Below, in pieces: positions 45,182 through 53,675 of a stretch of DNA of 64,000 bases. This stretch comes from an uncultured bacterium (GTDB lineage: Bacteria > Patescibacteriota > Minisyncoccia > Phycocordibacterales > UBA11359), in contig CAIKZC010000010.1 of the NCBI GenBank assembly GCA_903831815.1, positions 14,914 to 78,913 of the forward strand, read 5' to 3'. A program made the position numbers and the translations under genes. Position 1 is the first letter of the stretch; each line of letters opens with the position of its first letter. Below the pieces are notes generated by a model. That model was not told where the DNA came from, did no database searches, and saw only the letters and a program-made list of their open reading frames with translations.

Positions 45182-45350
45182 TCCTTTGATTACGGTTTCG
45201 TGACTTATAAAAACAACATCTGCATATAGACTGTTCCTTTTAAATATAATGTCAAGTTAATAAATTTTGGAGGAAATACCTACGAAATATGATTTACTTT
45301 GCTCAAGCTATCCACTTCCTACTTTACTCAGTGTGTCATATAATAGAAGC

Positions 45351-45887
45351 ATGTTTGCTAATCCGCAGGAAAATCTTGAAAAGTTCGGACTTTCTCCCGG
45401 AACAATCGTTGCTGATCTTGGCGCCGGAACAGGGCACTATACTTTAGCTGCAGCCAAAATGGTGGAGGGAAAGGATATGAACGGCAAGGTTTACGCTATT
45501 GATGTTCAAAAAGACTTGCTCGACAGGATAAAAACGGAAGCTAATCGCGAACACCTCGCCAATATTGAAATAATTTGGGGTAATGCCGAGAAAATTGGCG
45601 GCACTAAACTGCACGATGGCAGTGTCGATGTCGTTATTGCTTCAAATATCTTTTTTCAAGTCGAGGATCGGGTTTCTTTCGCCAAAGAAATCTCGCGAAT
45701 TCTTAAGTCTAAAGGACGTCTATTGTTTATCGAGTGGAGCGATTCGTTTGGCGGTATCGGACCACACAAAGATGCCGTGGTGACCGAAAATCAAGCCCGA
45801 GATTTTTTTGAAAAGAACGGTTTTGTAATTGAAAAAGGACTAGCGGTCGGTTCGCATCATTATGGGCTTGTAATTAGAAAAAAATAA
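45351..45887 (+). CDS. Class I SAM-dependent methyltransferase
   Basis: GTIVADLGAGTGHYTLAAAKMV motif I, VYAIDVQKDLL post-I; start at internal Met (ORF track start 45267). Confidence 0.65.
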   Translation: MFANPQENLEKFGLSPGTIVADLGAGTGHYTLAAAKMVEGKDMNGKVYAIDVQKDLLDRIKTEANREHLANIEIIWGNAEKIGGTKLHDGSVDVVIASNIFFQVEDRVSFAKEISRILKSKGRLLFIEWSDSFGGIGPHKDAVVTENQARDFFEKNGFVIEKGLAVGSHHYGLVIRKK

Positions 45888-45888
45888 C

Positions 45889-47217
45889 ATGGCTAATTTA
45901 AGTAAATTTCAATTATTTTTTATTGGTGGTCTGATCGTTGCTATTGTGGCGGCGGTCGGAGTTTTTGCTTTAAACAAGTCTGCCGGTGGCGGTTCTACGG
46001 CAACAATAACAATTTGGGGAACTTTACCTGACGCGACTATACAGGAATTTCTTCAAAAAACCGAAATTTCCACATTGCTCGATGCCAAAAAAGTTAATGT
46101 CGTTTATGTCGCAAAACCGGCTGATACTTTTGACCGAAATGTCGTTGAAGCAATCGCGAGCGGAAAGGGTCCTGATGCGGTCATGATCTCTCAGGATGCA
46201 ATCTTGCAATATTTGGACAAGATCGTTCAAATTCCTTTTTCCTCTTTTCCTGAACGCACGTTCAAGGATATGTACATCCAGGAAGCAGAATTGTTCCTGA
46301 CTGATCAAGGTGTCGCCGCAGTGCCATTCACGATTGATCCATTAGTTATGTATTGGAATCGCACATTACTTACAAATGCCGGTATTTCCAATCCACCAAC
46401 GCTTTGGTCTCAGCTTTATGTCCCAGATGGAGTTATTGCTAAAATTAACAAGACTGACGTTAATAATAATATTGTCAAAACCGCTTTGGCTCTTGGAACC
46501 AATAATAATGTTTTTCACTCCAAGGATATTTTGTCTCTACTTATGATGCAGGCCGGAGCGCCGATAGTGGTGAAAAATACCAATGGTAGTTTGCAAAATG
46601 CATTATCAAATTCAAATAGCTCCATAAATCAGAACGGAGCGGAAGCGGCTCTCAGTTTTTACACGCAGTTCGTTGATCCGGTCAAGAGTATTTATTCATG
46701 GAACACTTCTTTGCCACTTTCACGAGATATGTTTACAGCAGGTGACTTGGCCTTATATTTTGGATATGCCAGCGAACTCGGCAATCTAAATGCTCGTAAT
46801 CCAAATCTCAATTTTGATGTTGCTCTTATGCCACAAAGTCAGTCAAGCTCGGTCAAAATGACATATGGCAAGGTTTATGGTTTGGCAATTTTAAAAAGTT
46901 CTCCGAATGTTGTGGCGGCCACCAATGCTTTTTATGCTTTAACTTCGTCAGCGGCACAAACGGTATGGAGTAACGAAAGCGGATATCCACCGGTGGTCCG
47001 AAGTTTATTGACACAAAAAACCAGCAGTCCTTTTATGTCGGTTTTCAACACCGCGGCTCTTCAAAGTCAGGGATGGCTCGATCCAAATCGCTCCGCTACG
47101 AACGAAATATTTAATGATATGATTGGGTCAGTGATCTCGGGCGACAAACAGCCTTCAGGAGCTGTGCAAGATGCGGGGAACAGTTTAGATCAATTGCTAA
47201 AAGGATTTTCCAATTAA
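45889..47217 (+). CDS. Extracellular solute-binding-protein-like secreted protein
   Basis: N-terminal signal anchor; ~440 aa with type 1/2 periplasmic binding protein-like composition; weak similarity only. Confidence 0.4.
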   Translation: MANLSKFQLFFIGGLIVAIVAAVGVFALNKSAGGGSTATITIWGTLPDATIQEFLQKTEISTLLDAKKVNVVYVAKPADTFDRNVVEAIASGKGPDAVMISQDAILQYLDKIVQIPFSSFPERTFKDMYIQEAELFLTDQGVAAVPFTIDPLVMYWNRTLLTNAGISNPPTLWSQLYVPDGVIAKINKTDVNNNIVKTALALGTNNNVFHSKDILSLLMMQAGAPIVVKNTNGSLQNALSNSNSSINQNGAEAALSFYTQFVDPVKSIYSWNTSLPLSRDMFTAGDLALYFGYASELGNLNARNPNLNFDVALMPQSQSSSVKMTYGKVYGLAILKSSPNVVAATNAFYALTSSAAQTVWSNESGYPPVVRSLLTQKTSSPFMSVFNTAALQSQGWLDPNRSATNEIFNDMIGSVISGDKQPSGAVQDAGNSLDQLLKGFSN

Positions 47218-47222
47218 TATAT

Positions 47223-47660
47223 ATGCTTAAAAATTTAGCGAAAAAAATATCAATAACCCTTCTAATTTCATTTTGCTTGTGGGGAACTTTCAGTTCAACT
47301 ATTTTGGCGGCTGATTCTGCGCTTGTTCAGTGCGGAAGAGAAGGTAGTCCCGGTGTGAATGCTACGAGCGGAACACCTCTTGCATTGGGATGCGGATTTG
47401 CCGATTTTATTAAACTCATAAATACGATCATAAATTACTTGATTATCATTTCGATGCCGCTTGCCGCCGTGGCCTTTGCTTGGGCCGGTTGGTTATATCT
47501 ATCGGCGGGCGAAGATACGGGTAAAGTAAAAACTGCTCGTGCGATATTTACTGATGTGGGCATTGGTTTGATTATTCTTTTGTCCGGATGGTTGGTGTTT
47601 AAATTAATCGCCGACAACTTTTTAAACACGTTTTATGCCGGCAGCACGTTTTTAAATTAA
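47223..47660 (+). CDS. TrbC/VirB2-like small membrane (pilin-like) protein, paralogue 1 of 5
   Basis: Signal/TM at N-terminus, then two closely spaced C-terminal TM helices separated by a short charged loop (AGWLYLSAGEDTGKVKTARAIF). Confidence 0.5.
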   Translation: MLKNLAKKISITLLISFCLWGTFSSTILAADSALVQCGREGSPGVNATSGTPLALGCGFADFIKLINTIINYLIIISMPLAAVAFAWAGWLYLSAGEDTGKVKTARAIFTDVGIGLIILLSGWLVFKLIADNFLNTFYAGSTFLN

Positions 47661-47666
47661 ATTATT

Positions 47667-48194
47667 ATGAAAAAAACATTTTTGATCATAGGGATAATTT
47701 CGGTGATGGTGTCGTCGTTTTATTTTATGTCAGATCGTTTAGTTTTTGCTGATAATTTGGCTGTGAACCTTCCTTCTCAGAACACTTCTGCAAGTGATAA
47801 TACTTTAATCCCTTCGCAGAACACTTCTGCTGGTGACAATGTGTCCGTTAACCCTTCTTCAATTTCAGATCACTCGGGAGAAAATAATTCAATTGGAATA
47901 CAAAATCCCTTAAAAAACATCAATTCGATCCCACAACTCATAGGAGCGGTGTTAAAATTCGTAGTTAATTTACTTTCCATAGCCGGTGCGCTTTATATCA
48001 TTTGGTCTGGATTTATGTTCGTCAAAGCTCAAGGTAATGAGAAAGAATTGGAAGCGGCGAAAAAATCTTTCGTAAATGCTATCATAGGGATGGCTATAAT
48101 CTTGGGAGCATGGGGACTCGCACAAGTTATTGCCAAAACGATCGATAGTGTGACGGGTGTTCAATCGGGTTTCGGAACGGTTTTAGGTGGTTAA
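47667..48194 (+). CDS. TrbC/VirB2-like small membrane protein, paralogue 2 of 5
   Basis: Same architecture: N-terminal TM, C-terminal TM-loop-TM (IIWSGFMFVKAQGNEKELEAAKKSFVNAIIGMAIILGAWGL). Confidence 0.5.
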   Translation: MKKTFLIIGIISVMVSSFYFMSDRLVFADNLAVNLPSQNTSASDNTLIPSQNTSAGDNVSVNPSSISDHSGENNSIGIQNPLKNINSIPQLIGAVLKFVVNLLSIAGALYIIWSGFMFVKAQGNEKELEAAKKSFVNAIIGMAIILGAWGLAQVIAKTIDSVTGVQSGFGTVLGG

Positions 48195-48218
48195 AATAAT
48201 TAGTAATTAATATTTAAT

Positions 48219-48626
48219 ATGAAAAAATGTCTTAAGTTGGTGGCGCTTGGTTCAATGTTTTTTGCCGCCCAGAATGTTTTTGCGGCGGCTCTTATTCCTC
48301 CGGGTACGGATCTTACCGGATTGATCGGAAATGTTAAAACCATTTTGAGTAGTTTGGTTGGTTTGCTGGTTGTCGCCGCTCTCGTTGTATTCCTATATGG
48401 AACTTTCATTTTTATCGCTAAAGCAAGTCAGGGTGACGCCGAAGGTCGAACAGAAGGAAGAAAGTTCATGATCTATGGGGTCATCGGTCTCGCTGTCATG
48501 ATTTCTGTTTGGGGACTTGTTGAATTCGTGACAAATGCATTAGGTGTAGGTCATACGCTCATTCAATTTAATAGTAACGCAGGCCCAGTCGATAACAGTA
48601 CTCAAAACGGTCCGGAACGAATATAA
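48219..48626 (+). CDS. TrbC/VirB2-like small membrane protein, paralogue 3 of 5
   Basis: Signal peptide + FLYGTFIFIAKASQGDAEGRTEGRKFMIYGVIGLAVMISVWGL. Confidence 0.5.
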   Translation: MKKCLKLVALGSMFFAAQNVFAAALIPPGTDLTGLIGNVKTILSSLVGLLVVAALVVFLYGTFIFIAKASQGDAEGRTEGRKFMIYGVIGLAVMISVWGLVEFVTNALGVGHTLIQFNSNAGPVDNSTQNGPERI

Positions 48627-48731
48627 CTATGGACTTCCGGCACATTAGATATCCACAGTTTGAATTGTAGGGCCTGGAATAAAGGGGTATAATATATATT
48701 GTGATTATTTATTAGCAGTTTTATTAATATT

Positions 48732-49103
48732 ATGAATAAAATAAAAGTTATCGTAAGCGCATTGTTGGGTTCTTTGGGTCTTTTGCCGGCATTGGCTTTT
48801 GCTCAAAGCAACTTTAATTTGTCTTCGGGTGGAATTAGTGGCATCCTCGTTCAAATTCAGGATATTTTGGGTATGGTGGTTCCTTTGCTTATTGGCCTTG
48901 CCGTCATCGTTTTCCTATGGGGCGTTTTGAAGTTCCTCATGAATGCTAATGATCCTGATAAACGAGGTGAAGGCAGAATGTTTATGATCTGGGGTATTGT
49001 CGGAATCGTCATAATGGTATCTGTCTGGGGCCTTGTAGGGTTCGTTCAGCGAGCAACAGGTGTTCGTGGCGGTGCTGCTCCACAAGCTCCTGCAATTCCT
49101 TAG
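48732..49103 (+). CDS. TrbC/VirB2-like small membrane protein, paralogue 4 of 5
   Basis: Signal peptide + FLWGVLKFLMNANDPDKRGEGRMFMIWGIVGIVIMVSVWGL. Confidence 0.55.
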   Translation: MNKIKVIVSALLGSLGLLPALAFAQSNFNLSSGGISGILVQIQDILGMVVPLLIGLAVIVFLWGVLKFLMNANDPDKRGEGRMFMIWGIVGIVIMVSVWGLVGFVQRATGVRGGAAPQAPAIP

Positions 49104-49119
49104 AACTCTCTAATTTCAA

Positions 49120-49383
49120 ATGGATATTGTCGACAAAATAATTACTGTTATAGTAAATCCTCTTCTAACCCTTCTTTTCAGTTTGGCCGGTCTTTATTTT
49201 CTGTATGGAGTGTTTAAATTTATCCAAAATGCGGAAAATTCGGAAAAGAGGCTAGAGGGTGCGAGACATATGCTGTGGGGAATCATAGGTATTGCGATAA
49301 TGTTTTCGGTATTTGCTTTCATTCATGTGATCCGTCAAACTGTCGGTCCAAGTCCGTATAATGAGACGCCGAGTTTGAAATAG
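49120..49383 (+). CDS. TrbC/VirB2-like small membrane protein, paralogue 5 of 5 (shortest)
   Basis: LYGVFKFIQNAENSEKRLEGARHMLWGIIGIAIMFSVFAF. Confidence 0.45.
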   Translation: MDIVDKIITVIVNPLLTLLFSLAGLYFLYGVFKFIQNAENSEKRLEGARHMLWGIIGIAIMFSVFAFIHVIRQTVGPSPYNETPSLK

Positions 49384-49421
49384 GGGAGAAAGAAAAAGTA
49401 AAAAAAGAAATAAAAAAAGAT

Positions 49422-49449
49422 GGCGCGGGACTCAGCTGAGTCCCGCGCC
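49422..49449. terminator. Perfect 28-bp palindrome GGCGCGGGACTCAG/CTGAGTCCCGCGCC (bidirectional terminator)
   Basis: Flanked by A-run upstream and TTTTG downstream, between the plus-strand TrbC array and the minus-strand GC island. Confidence 0.65.
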
Positions 49450-49467
49450 ATTTTGCTTCGCATGTAG

Positions 49468-50076
49468 CTACTGGTTTCCGACCAGTATCTGCATCGGACG
49501 GTCATCTCCTTCCGGCCGAATCGGTTCCACGTACATAGTCGTGAATGCTTTCGGCTTTATCGGAACCTTTCTGGAGTCGGAGTATTTGATCGGTTCCGGA
49601 TCGACCAAGTGTTCCTTCCCTTGGGGATCGGTGATCATTCGGTAGATGAGAAAATCATCATCTTTCAGTGCCGGTCTTGCACAAAGTCCGGCGTACTTCT
49701 TGATGGTCACTTTAACTCGCTGGTGAGGATAAGCCCAGATCTCATCCATCTGGCCGGCGGGTGCAGGGGATTCCGCTATTGGCGCCGACTTCGCGGCATC
49801 CGTTGCTCGAGGTGTAGACGAGGGGATCCCGCTGTAACTCTCGCAGATTCGTACCGTGACGATGACCACAATCGTCATTGCAACTATGATCGAGGTCGCT
49901 GCGATCTTGTCGATACGACGAGCTCGCCACAGCTTCCACATGAGACCTGTGACAATTGTCACAAACATCAAGATCCAGAAAGAAGTGGGGTGCAGCAAAT
50001 AGTACAAAATATCTAACGCTGCAACGATAGCGGCTATTATTGCCACCCACTTCGTAAATGTCCGTAAACTTGGCAT
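49468..50076 (-). CDS. Hypothetical membrane protein (GC-rich island)
   Basis: Three N-terminal TM helices then a soluble domain; GC clearly above genome average. Confidence 0.4.
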   Translation of the reverse strand: MPSLRTFTKWVAIIAAIVAALDILYYLLHPTSFWILMFVTIVTGLMWKLWRARRIDKIAATSIIVAMTIVVIVTVRICESYSGIPSSTPRATDAAKSAPIAESPAPAGQMDEIWAYPHQRVKVTIKKYAGLCARPALKDDDFLIYRMITDPQGKEHLVDPEPIKYSDSRKVPIKPKAFTTMYVEPIRPEGDDRPMQILVGNQ

Positions 50077-50202
50077 TGCTACCTCTCTTTCTTTTCCGTG
50101 TTTTTTGTTGTCAAAGGTAGCAACGCGCTACCAAACTAGGCACAGAGTATTGTATCATAATACAACGATAAAGTCAAGAATCGTGAAAATATATAAAAAA
50201 AT

Positions 50203-50240
50203 AACCGCGGACACCAGTTTTTAAACTGGCGCCGCGGTTT
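50203..50240 (-). terminator. Intrinsic terminator hairpin (AACCGCGG...CCGCGGTT with inner palindrome CCAGTTTTTAAACTGG)
   Basis: Downstream of the stop of 50273..51085 on the minus strand, followed by a T-run on that strand. Confidence 0.5.
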
Positions 50241-50272
50241 GTTGACCTTCTTCGTCGTAGTGGTCAAGAGTG

Positions 50273-51085
50273 CTACGGTGACATTGGGACTCCGGAAGCG
50301 GAGTTAGCCCCAGCCACAGACCTCGAAGCGGAAATAGATTCGGAAGCAGCAGACTGAGTCTGCTGTTGTCCCTGAACCTGAAATGCGTTACCGCCTCTTC
50401 CACCGGCACCGCCCAAACCGATGCCACCACCACCGCCGGCTCCGCCCGCGCCGCCGTTAGCTTTGACCACAGTGGAACTGCGTGCTGGCCGAATTAATGC
50501 TCCGGCTACAGCAACACCTGTGCCTTGAGCAATACCTTGCCCAAGACCGTCCATTATGCGTGTGTTTTTGCCAGACGCACTTCCGCTGGCGGAATTCACC
50601 AGGTAAGAATTTCCTGGTTGATTTTCAACCGGCGGATTGGGAACAGCAGTCATTTGCTGTGGCTGCGGAGTGCCGTAGTTTGGAACGGCAGTCGGCGTTT
50701 GCATAATCGGCTGCCGAGCATCGTAGGTGACCTGAGCTGCACCGAATGGTTGCTGCGTCGGCGCCCACGGTTTCGGCGATGTAAATCCGGTTGTCGGAAT
50801 GTTGGCCGGCGGCAGCTGCGGCGGTTGCTGCGCACTTATGTCAGTCGTCTGCTGTGGTGGCGCCACGGGCTCGATCTCAGTAGCGTAGGTGTCGACTTTC
50901 GTCACCACTACGCCACTGTCGTCTTTGTAAGAGACGACGCGATCACGAAGCTTCATGTTGCCGTTTTGGTACGGCTCGCCGATCCAGTGAGAGGTCTCGT
51001 ACTTGTTTGCGCAGCCAACGAGGCCACACAAGATTGTCGCCATAATAGCGACGATGAACAGTTTCATTTTCATGGTTTCTCCCAA
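50273..51085 (-). CDS. Pro/Gln-rich lipoprotein with Gly-rich C-terminus (GC-rich island)
   Basis: Signal peptide + lipobox LVGC; long P/Q-rich low-complexity region; GGAGGAGGGGGIGLGGAGGRGG tract. Confidence 0.5.
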   Translation of the reverse strand: MGETMKMKLFIVAIMATILCGLVGCANKYETSHWIGEPYQNGNMKLRDRVVSYKDDSGVVVTKVDTYATEIEPVAPPQQTTDISAQQPPQLPPANIPTTGFTSPKPWAPTQQPFGAAQVTYDARQPIMQTPTAVPNYGTPQPQQMTAVPNPPVENQPGNSYLVNSASGSASGKNTRIMDGLGQGIAQGTGVAVAGALIRPARSSTVVKANGGAGGAGGGGGIGLGGAGGRGGNAFQVQGQQQTQSAASESISASRSVAGANSASGVPMSP

Positions 51086-51130
51086 AAAAGAACGAAAAAC
51101 AAAACGAAGGATCGAACTTCCTTGCTCAGC

Positions 51131-52204
51131 TTATGGCTGAGAGGGCAAGGAGAGTGGAATCGTTAACAACCCCGATCCTGCTGGCGCATACGGAAAGTTT
51201 CCCGGACTCGCCATGTAGCGTGTAAAACCTCCACCTTGGTAAAATCGCGAGGGACTGACGTTTGTCACCGGGGTTACCAGTTTGGCAACTTCAGGTGAGT
51301 AAACGATCTGGCCGGTCGCGTTGTCTACCGTAAAAGGAAGGCTATACATGACAACATACGGCCAATCGTTTGGCACGCCGTTCACCCAAAAGCGGGTGTG
51401 TTTGCTGCCATCGGGTTGGCTAAAGTCGTTCATGTAGACACCGTCAACAGCCTTGACCAAAGCTCCATCATCCAGACACAAAAGGATATTCACCTTCCAT
51501 ATCGGAGGAGCATTGCCAGAAAGTATGGCGCCGCGATCCTTTTGGGGGATTTGCGCCAACACTTTCTGAAAATCTTGACTCAGTCCATCGAGCTTGCTTC
51601 CCAGCTTGTCTCCAAGCTCTTTCATGTCGGCCTTGGTAGCCAATGGACTTGTCGTCGGATCGAAGATCTGGCGACGCTGTTCGTCGAACTGCGCCTGAGT
51701 TTTCTTGACGACACGTTCGGCCACATCGTCGGCATATTTCGTCCAGTTATCGGCGGTGACGAGCTTCTCCTTATCTTTGAGAATCTCGTTCCGCAATTCG
51801 CTGATGATCTTGCCGCTTGAGTCGCTTGCGCCAGACTTCATGCTATCGGACTTCAAGAGCCAGATACCGAATCCGACAACAACGATCAGGGCGATGATAG
51901 CCAGGATAAACCAAGCAATCTCCGACCACTTGGCAATCCTCGACGCGACCTGACTCGGTGCGGGTGCCGGTTGCCCAGGCGGATTGGGATCCGTGTTCCT
52001 GGTTGCGACACCAGGGACCAAACCGAACTGTTCCATGGATATTCTTCTCAGATAACCTGCGCGCTCCATCTCCTCGACTACAGGATCGCGAATTTCTTCG
52101 CGTCCTCGTGCGGGCGCAGGTGCGGGTGCCGGTGGAACTGTACTCGACGCAGGTGCAGGGCCCGGATTAGGGGGACTTGCAGGGTTATTCGGAACTTGTG
52201 ACAT
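51131..52204 (-). CDS. Hypothetical surface protein: Pro-rich N-terminus, one TM, extracellular domain (GC-rich island)
   Basis: PAPAPAPA-type N-terminus, TM WFILAIIALIVVVGFGIWLL, ~230-aa C-terminal domain. Confidence 0.45.
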   Translation of the reverse strand: MSQVPNNPASPPNPGPAPASSTVPPAPAPAPARGREEIRDPVVEEMERAGYLRRISMEQFGLVPGVATRNTDPNPPGQPAPAPSQVASRIAKWSEIAWFILAIIALIVVVGFGIWLLKSDSMKSGASDSSGKIISELRNEILKDKEKLVTADNWTKYADDVAERVVKKTQAQFDEQRRQIFDPTTSPLATKADMKELGDKLGSKLDGLSQDFQKVLAQIPQKDRGAILSGNAPPIWKVNILLCLDDGALVKAVDGVYMNDFSQPDGSKHTRFWVNGVPNDWPYVVMYSLPFTVDNATGQIVYSPEVAKLVTPVTNVSPSRFYQGGGFTRYMASPGNFPYAPAGSGLLTIPLSLPSQP

Positions 52205-52343
52205 GTGTCACCTCCTAATTGCGTTCTACTATTGCAGAAAAAGACGCGAAATCGCGCCGATTTCTTGTTCGTTTCAACGAACAGGACCTATGTTTGTACT
52301 ACCATATCTAAAGAGATTTGTAAAGGGGTATTCTCTTTGTGGG

Positions 52344-52370
52344 CGAGGAGGGACTTGGTCACGCATAAAT
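52344..52370. repeat. Direct repeat 1 (CGAGGAGGGACTTGGTCACGCATAAAT; 26/27 identical to 52748..52774)
   Basis: Read directly; the pair brackets a 65-aa ORF and lies between the GC island and tRNA-Leu. Confidence 0.55.
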
Positions 52371-52465
52371 TCCCATGAAAAATACTCGGTAAATTATAAA
52401 AGAGATAAAAGATAACCCACGATTGAGTTCGTGGGTTTAAGAGGAGCTGACTGTGTGGTCGAATT

Positions 52466-52663
52466 TTATCGAGAACCAAGGATGCGGCGCCTTCGAAGTT
52501 CAAAGACAAGTTCTTGGGCTCTCAATCGCTTCATATCCGCTTTAACCGCGATCTCGGTTGCTTTTTCGCGTATCCATGCAGACAGAGTTGCTGCTTCTCG
52601 CAGGGGAAGTGACAGTTTCAACACAATCACTTTCTCGGTTTTTTTACCGTTTACTACTCGCAT
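52466..52663 (-). CDS. Hypothetical small basic protein (65 aa)
   Basis: MRVVNGKKTEKVIVLKLSLPLREAA...; bracketed by the 27-bp direct repeats. Confidence 0.25.
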   Translation of the reverse strand: MRVVNGKKTEKVIVLKLSLPLREAATLSAWIREKATEIAVKADMKRLRAQELVFELRRRRILGSR

Positions 52664-52747
52664 TGGCCACTCAACCTTTCTTTGGGGTTAAAATCTAATT
52701 TAATTTTACATAAAGTAGTTACTTTTGCAATGTAAATATTATATTTA

Positions 52748-52774
52748 CGAGGGGGGACTTGGTCACGCATAAAT
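52748..52774. repeat. Direct repeat 2 (CGAGGGGGGACTTGGTCACGCATAAAT)
   Basis: ~43 nt from the 3' end of tRNA-Leu(TAG). Confidence 0.55.
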
Positions 52775-52816
52775 CGTTTAAAACAAAACCGCCAAAATAG
52801 CGGTATGTTTTGTCTG

Positions 52817-52897
52817 TGGGCGAGGGGGGACTTGAACCCCCACGCCTTGCGGCACTAGCTCCTAAGGCTAGCGTGTATGCCATTTCACCACTCGCCC
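52817..52897 (-). tRNA. tRNA-Leu (anticodon TAG), long variable arm, no encoded CCA
   Basis: Reverse complement: GGGCGAG acceptor, anticodon stem CTAGC/GCTAG with loop CTTAGGA, long variable arm, T-arm GGGGG-TTCAAGT-CCCCC. Confidence 0.75.
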
Positions 52898-52924
52898 ATG
52901 AATGATCTTTCTTCGCATACCTTG

Positions 52925-52997
52925 TGCACCCAGTTGGATTCGAACCAACGACCGTCTCCTTAAGAGGGAGTCGCTCTACCAACTGAGCTATGGGTGC
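52925..52997 (-). tRNA. tRNA-Lys (anticodon CTT), no encoded CCA
   Basis: Reverse complement: GCACCCA acceptor, D-arm AGCTCAGTTGGTAGAGC, anticodon loop CTCTTAA, T-loop TTCGAAT. Confidence 0.7.
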
Positions 52998-53062
52998 ATT
53001 TCTTTTAATACTCGAAAAATTTAACAGATTTTTCGACTTTCGGCAAATTTTCTTTTTACCGG

Positions 53063-53144
53063 TGCCCAGGGCGGGAATCGAACCCACATCCCTTGCGAGA
53101 CAACATTTTAAGTGTTGCGTGTATACCAGTTCCACCACCTGGGC
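53063..53144 (-). tRNA. tRNA-Leu (anticodon TAA), long variable arm
   Basis: Reverse complement: GCCCAGG acceptor, anticodon stem CAACA/TGTTG with loop CTTAAAA, long variable arm, T-loop TTCGATT. Confidence 0.75.
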
Positions 53145-53200
53145 ATTTTTAATTTATTAAAAAACAGAAATGTTTTTTGCTAATAGATACACTATTAGTG

Positions 53201-53274
53201 AGGCGTAGATCAGGTTCGAACTGATGCATAGCAGTTTTGCAGACTGCCGCGTTAACCAACTTCGCCACTACGCC
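53201..53274 (-). tRNA. tRNA-Cys (anticodon GCA), no encoded CCA
   Basis: Reverse complement: GGCGTAG acceptor, anticodon stem GCAGT/ACTGC with loop CTGCAAA, T-loop TTCGAAC, discriminator U. Confidence 0.75.
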
Positions 53275-53304
53275 GTTATTTCGCGATTTTTTATCGCGCT
53301 GGTT

Positions 53305-53637
53305 CTACTTTTTTAAATCCTGCTGACTTAACTCATCAAGTCGTTGTCTATTCTTTTCGCCATAGTCTATTTTGAAGGAAAGAGTAGGTATGCGACCGAT
53401 CTTTGAATTGTCGTGTACGTACTCGACAAATTCAGTGCGTTTCCTTTTGACGAACTCTTCCGCGGCTTCTTCGTTGTCAGTCGGGAAAACGCTGATGAAG
53501 ATAGTAGCATATTTTTGGTTATCCGACAGCTCACAGCGAGTGACGGTAATTAGCGAGGTGCGATTGGACTCACGTTGCAGGAAATTGGCAGCGAGGTGCT
53601 GAAGTTCTTCGGCGAGTTTTTCGGAGCGGTGTGACAT
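53305..53637 (-). CDS. rbfA: Ribosome-binding factor A
   Basis: ~110 aa KH-like pattern (SNRTSLITVTRCELSDNQKYATIFISVF), immediately downstream of infB. Confidence 0.7.
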   Translation of the reverse strand: MSHRSEKLAEELQHLAANFLQRESNRTSLITVTRCELSDNQKYATIFISVFPTDNEEAAEEFVKRKRTEFVEYVHDNSKIGRIPTLSFKIDYGEKNRQRLDELSQQDLKK

Positions 53638-53675
53638 GATGGGGAATTAAAATAAGTAGGGGAATTATTCAATAA

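Noticed and set aside
52719-53138. 139-aa ORF on the minus strand
   Set aside because: It spans the tRNA-Lys and tRNA-Leu(TAA) genes and intergenic spacers; it is an artefact of the stop-poor tRNA cluster.
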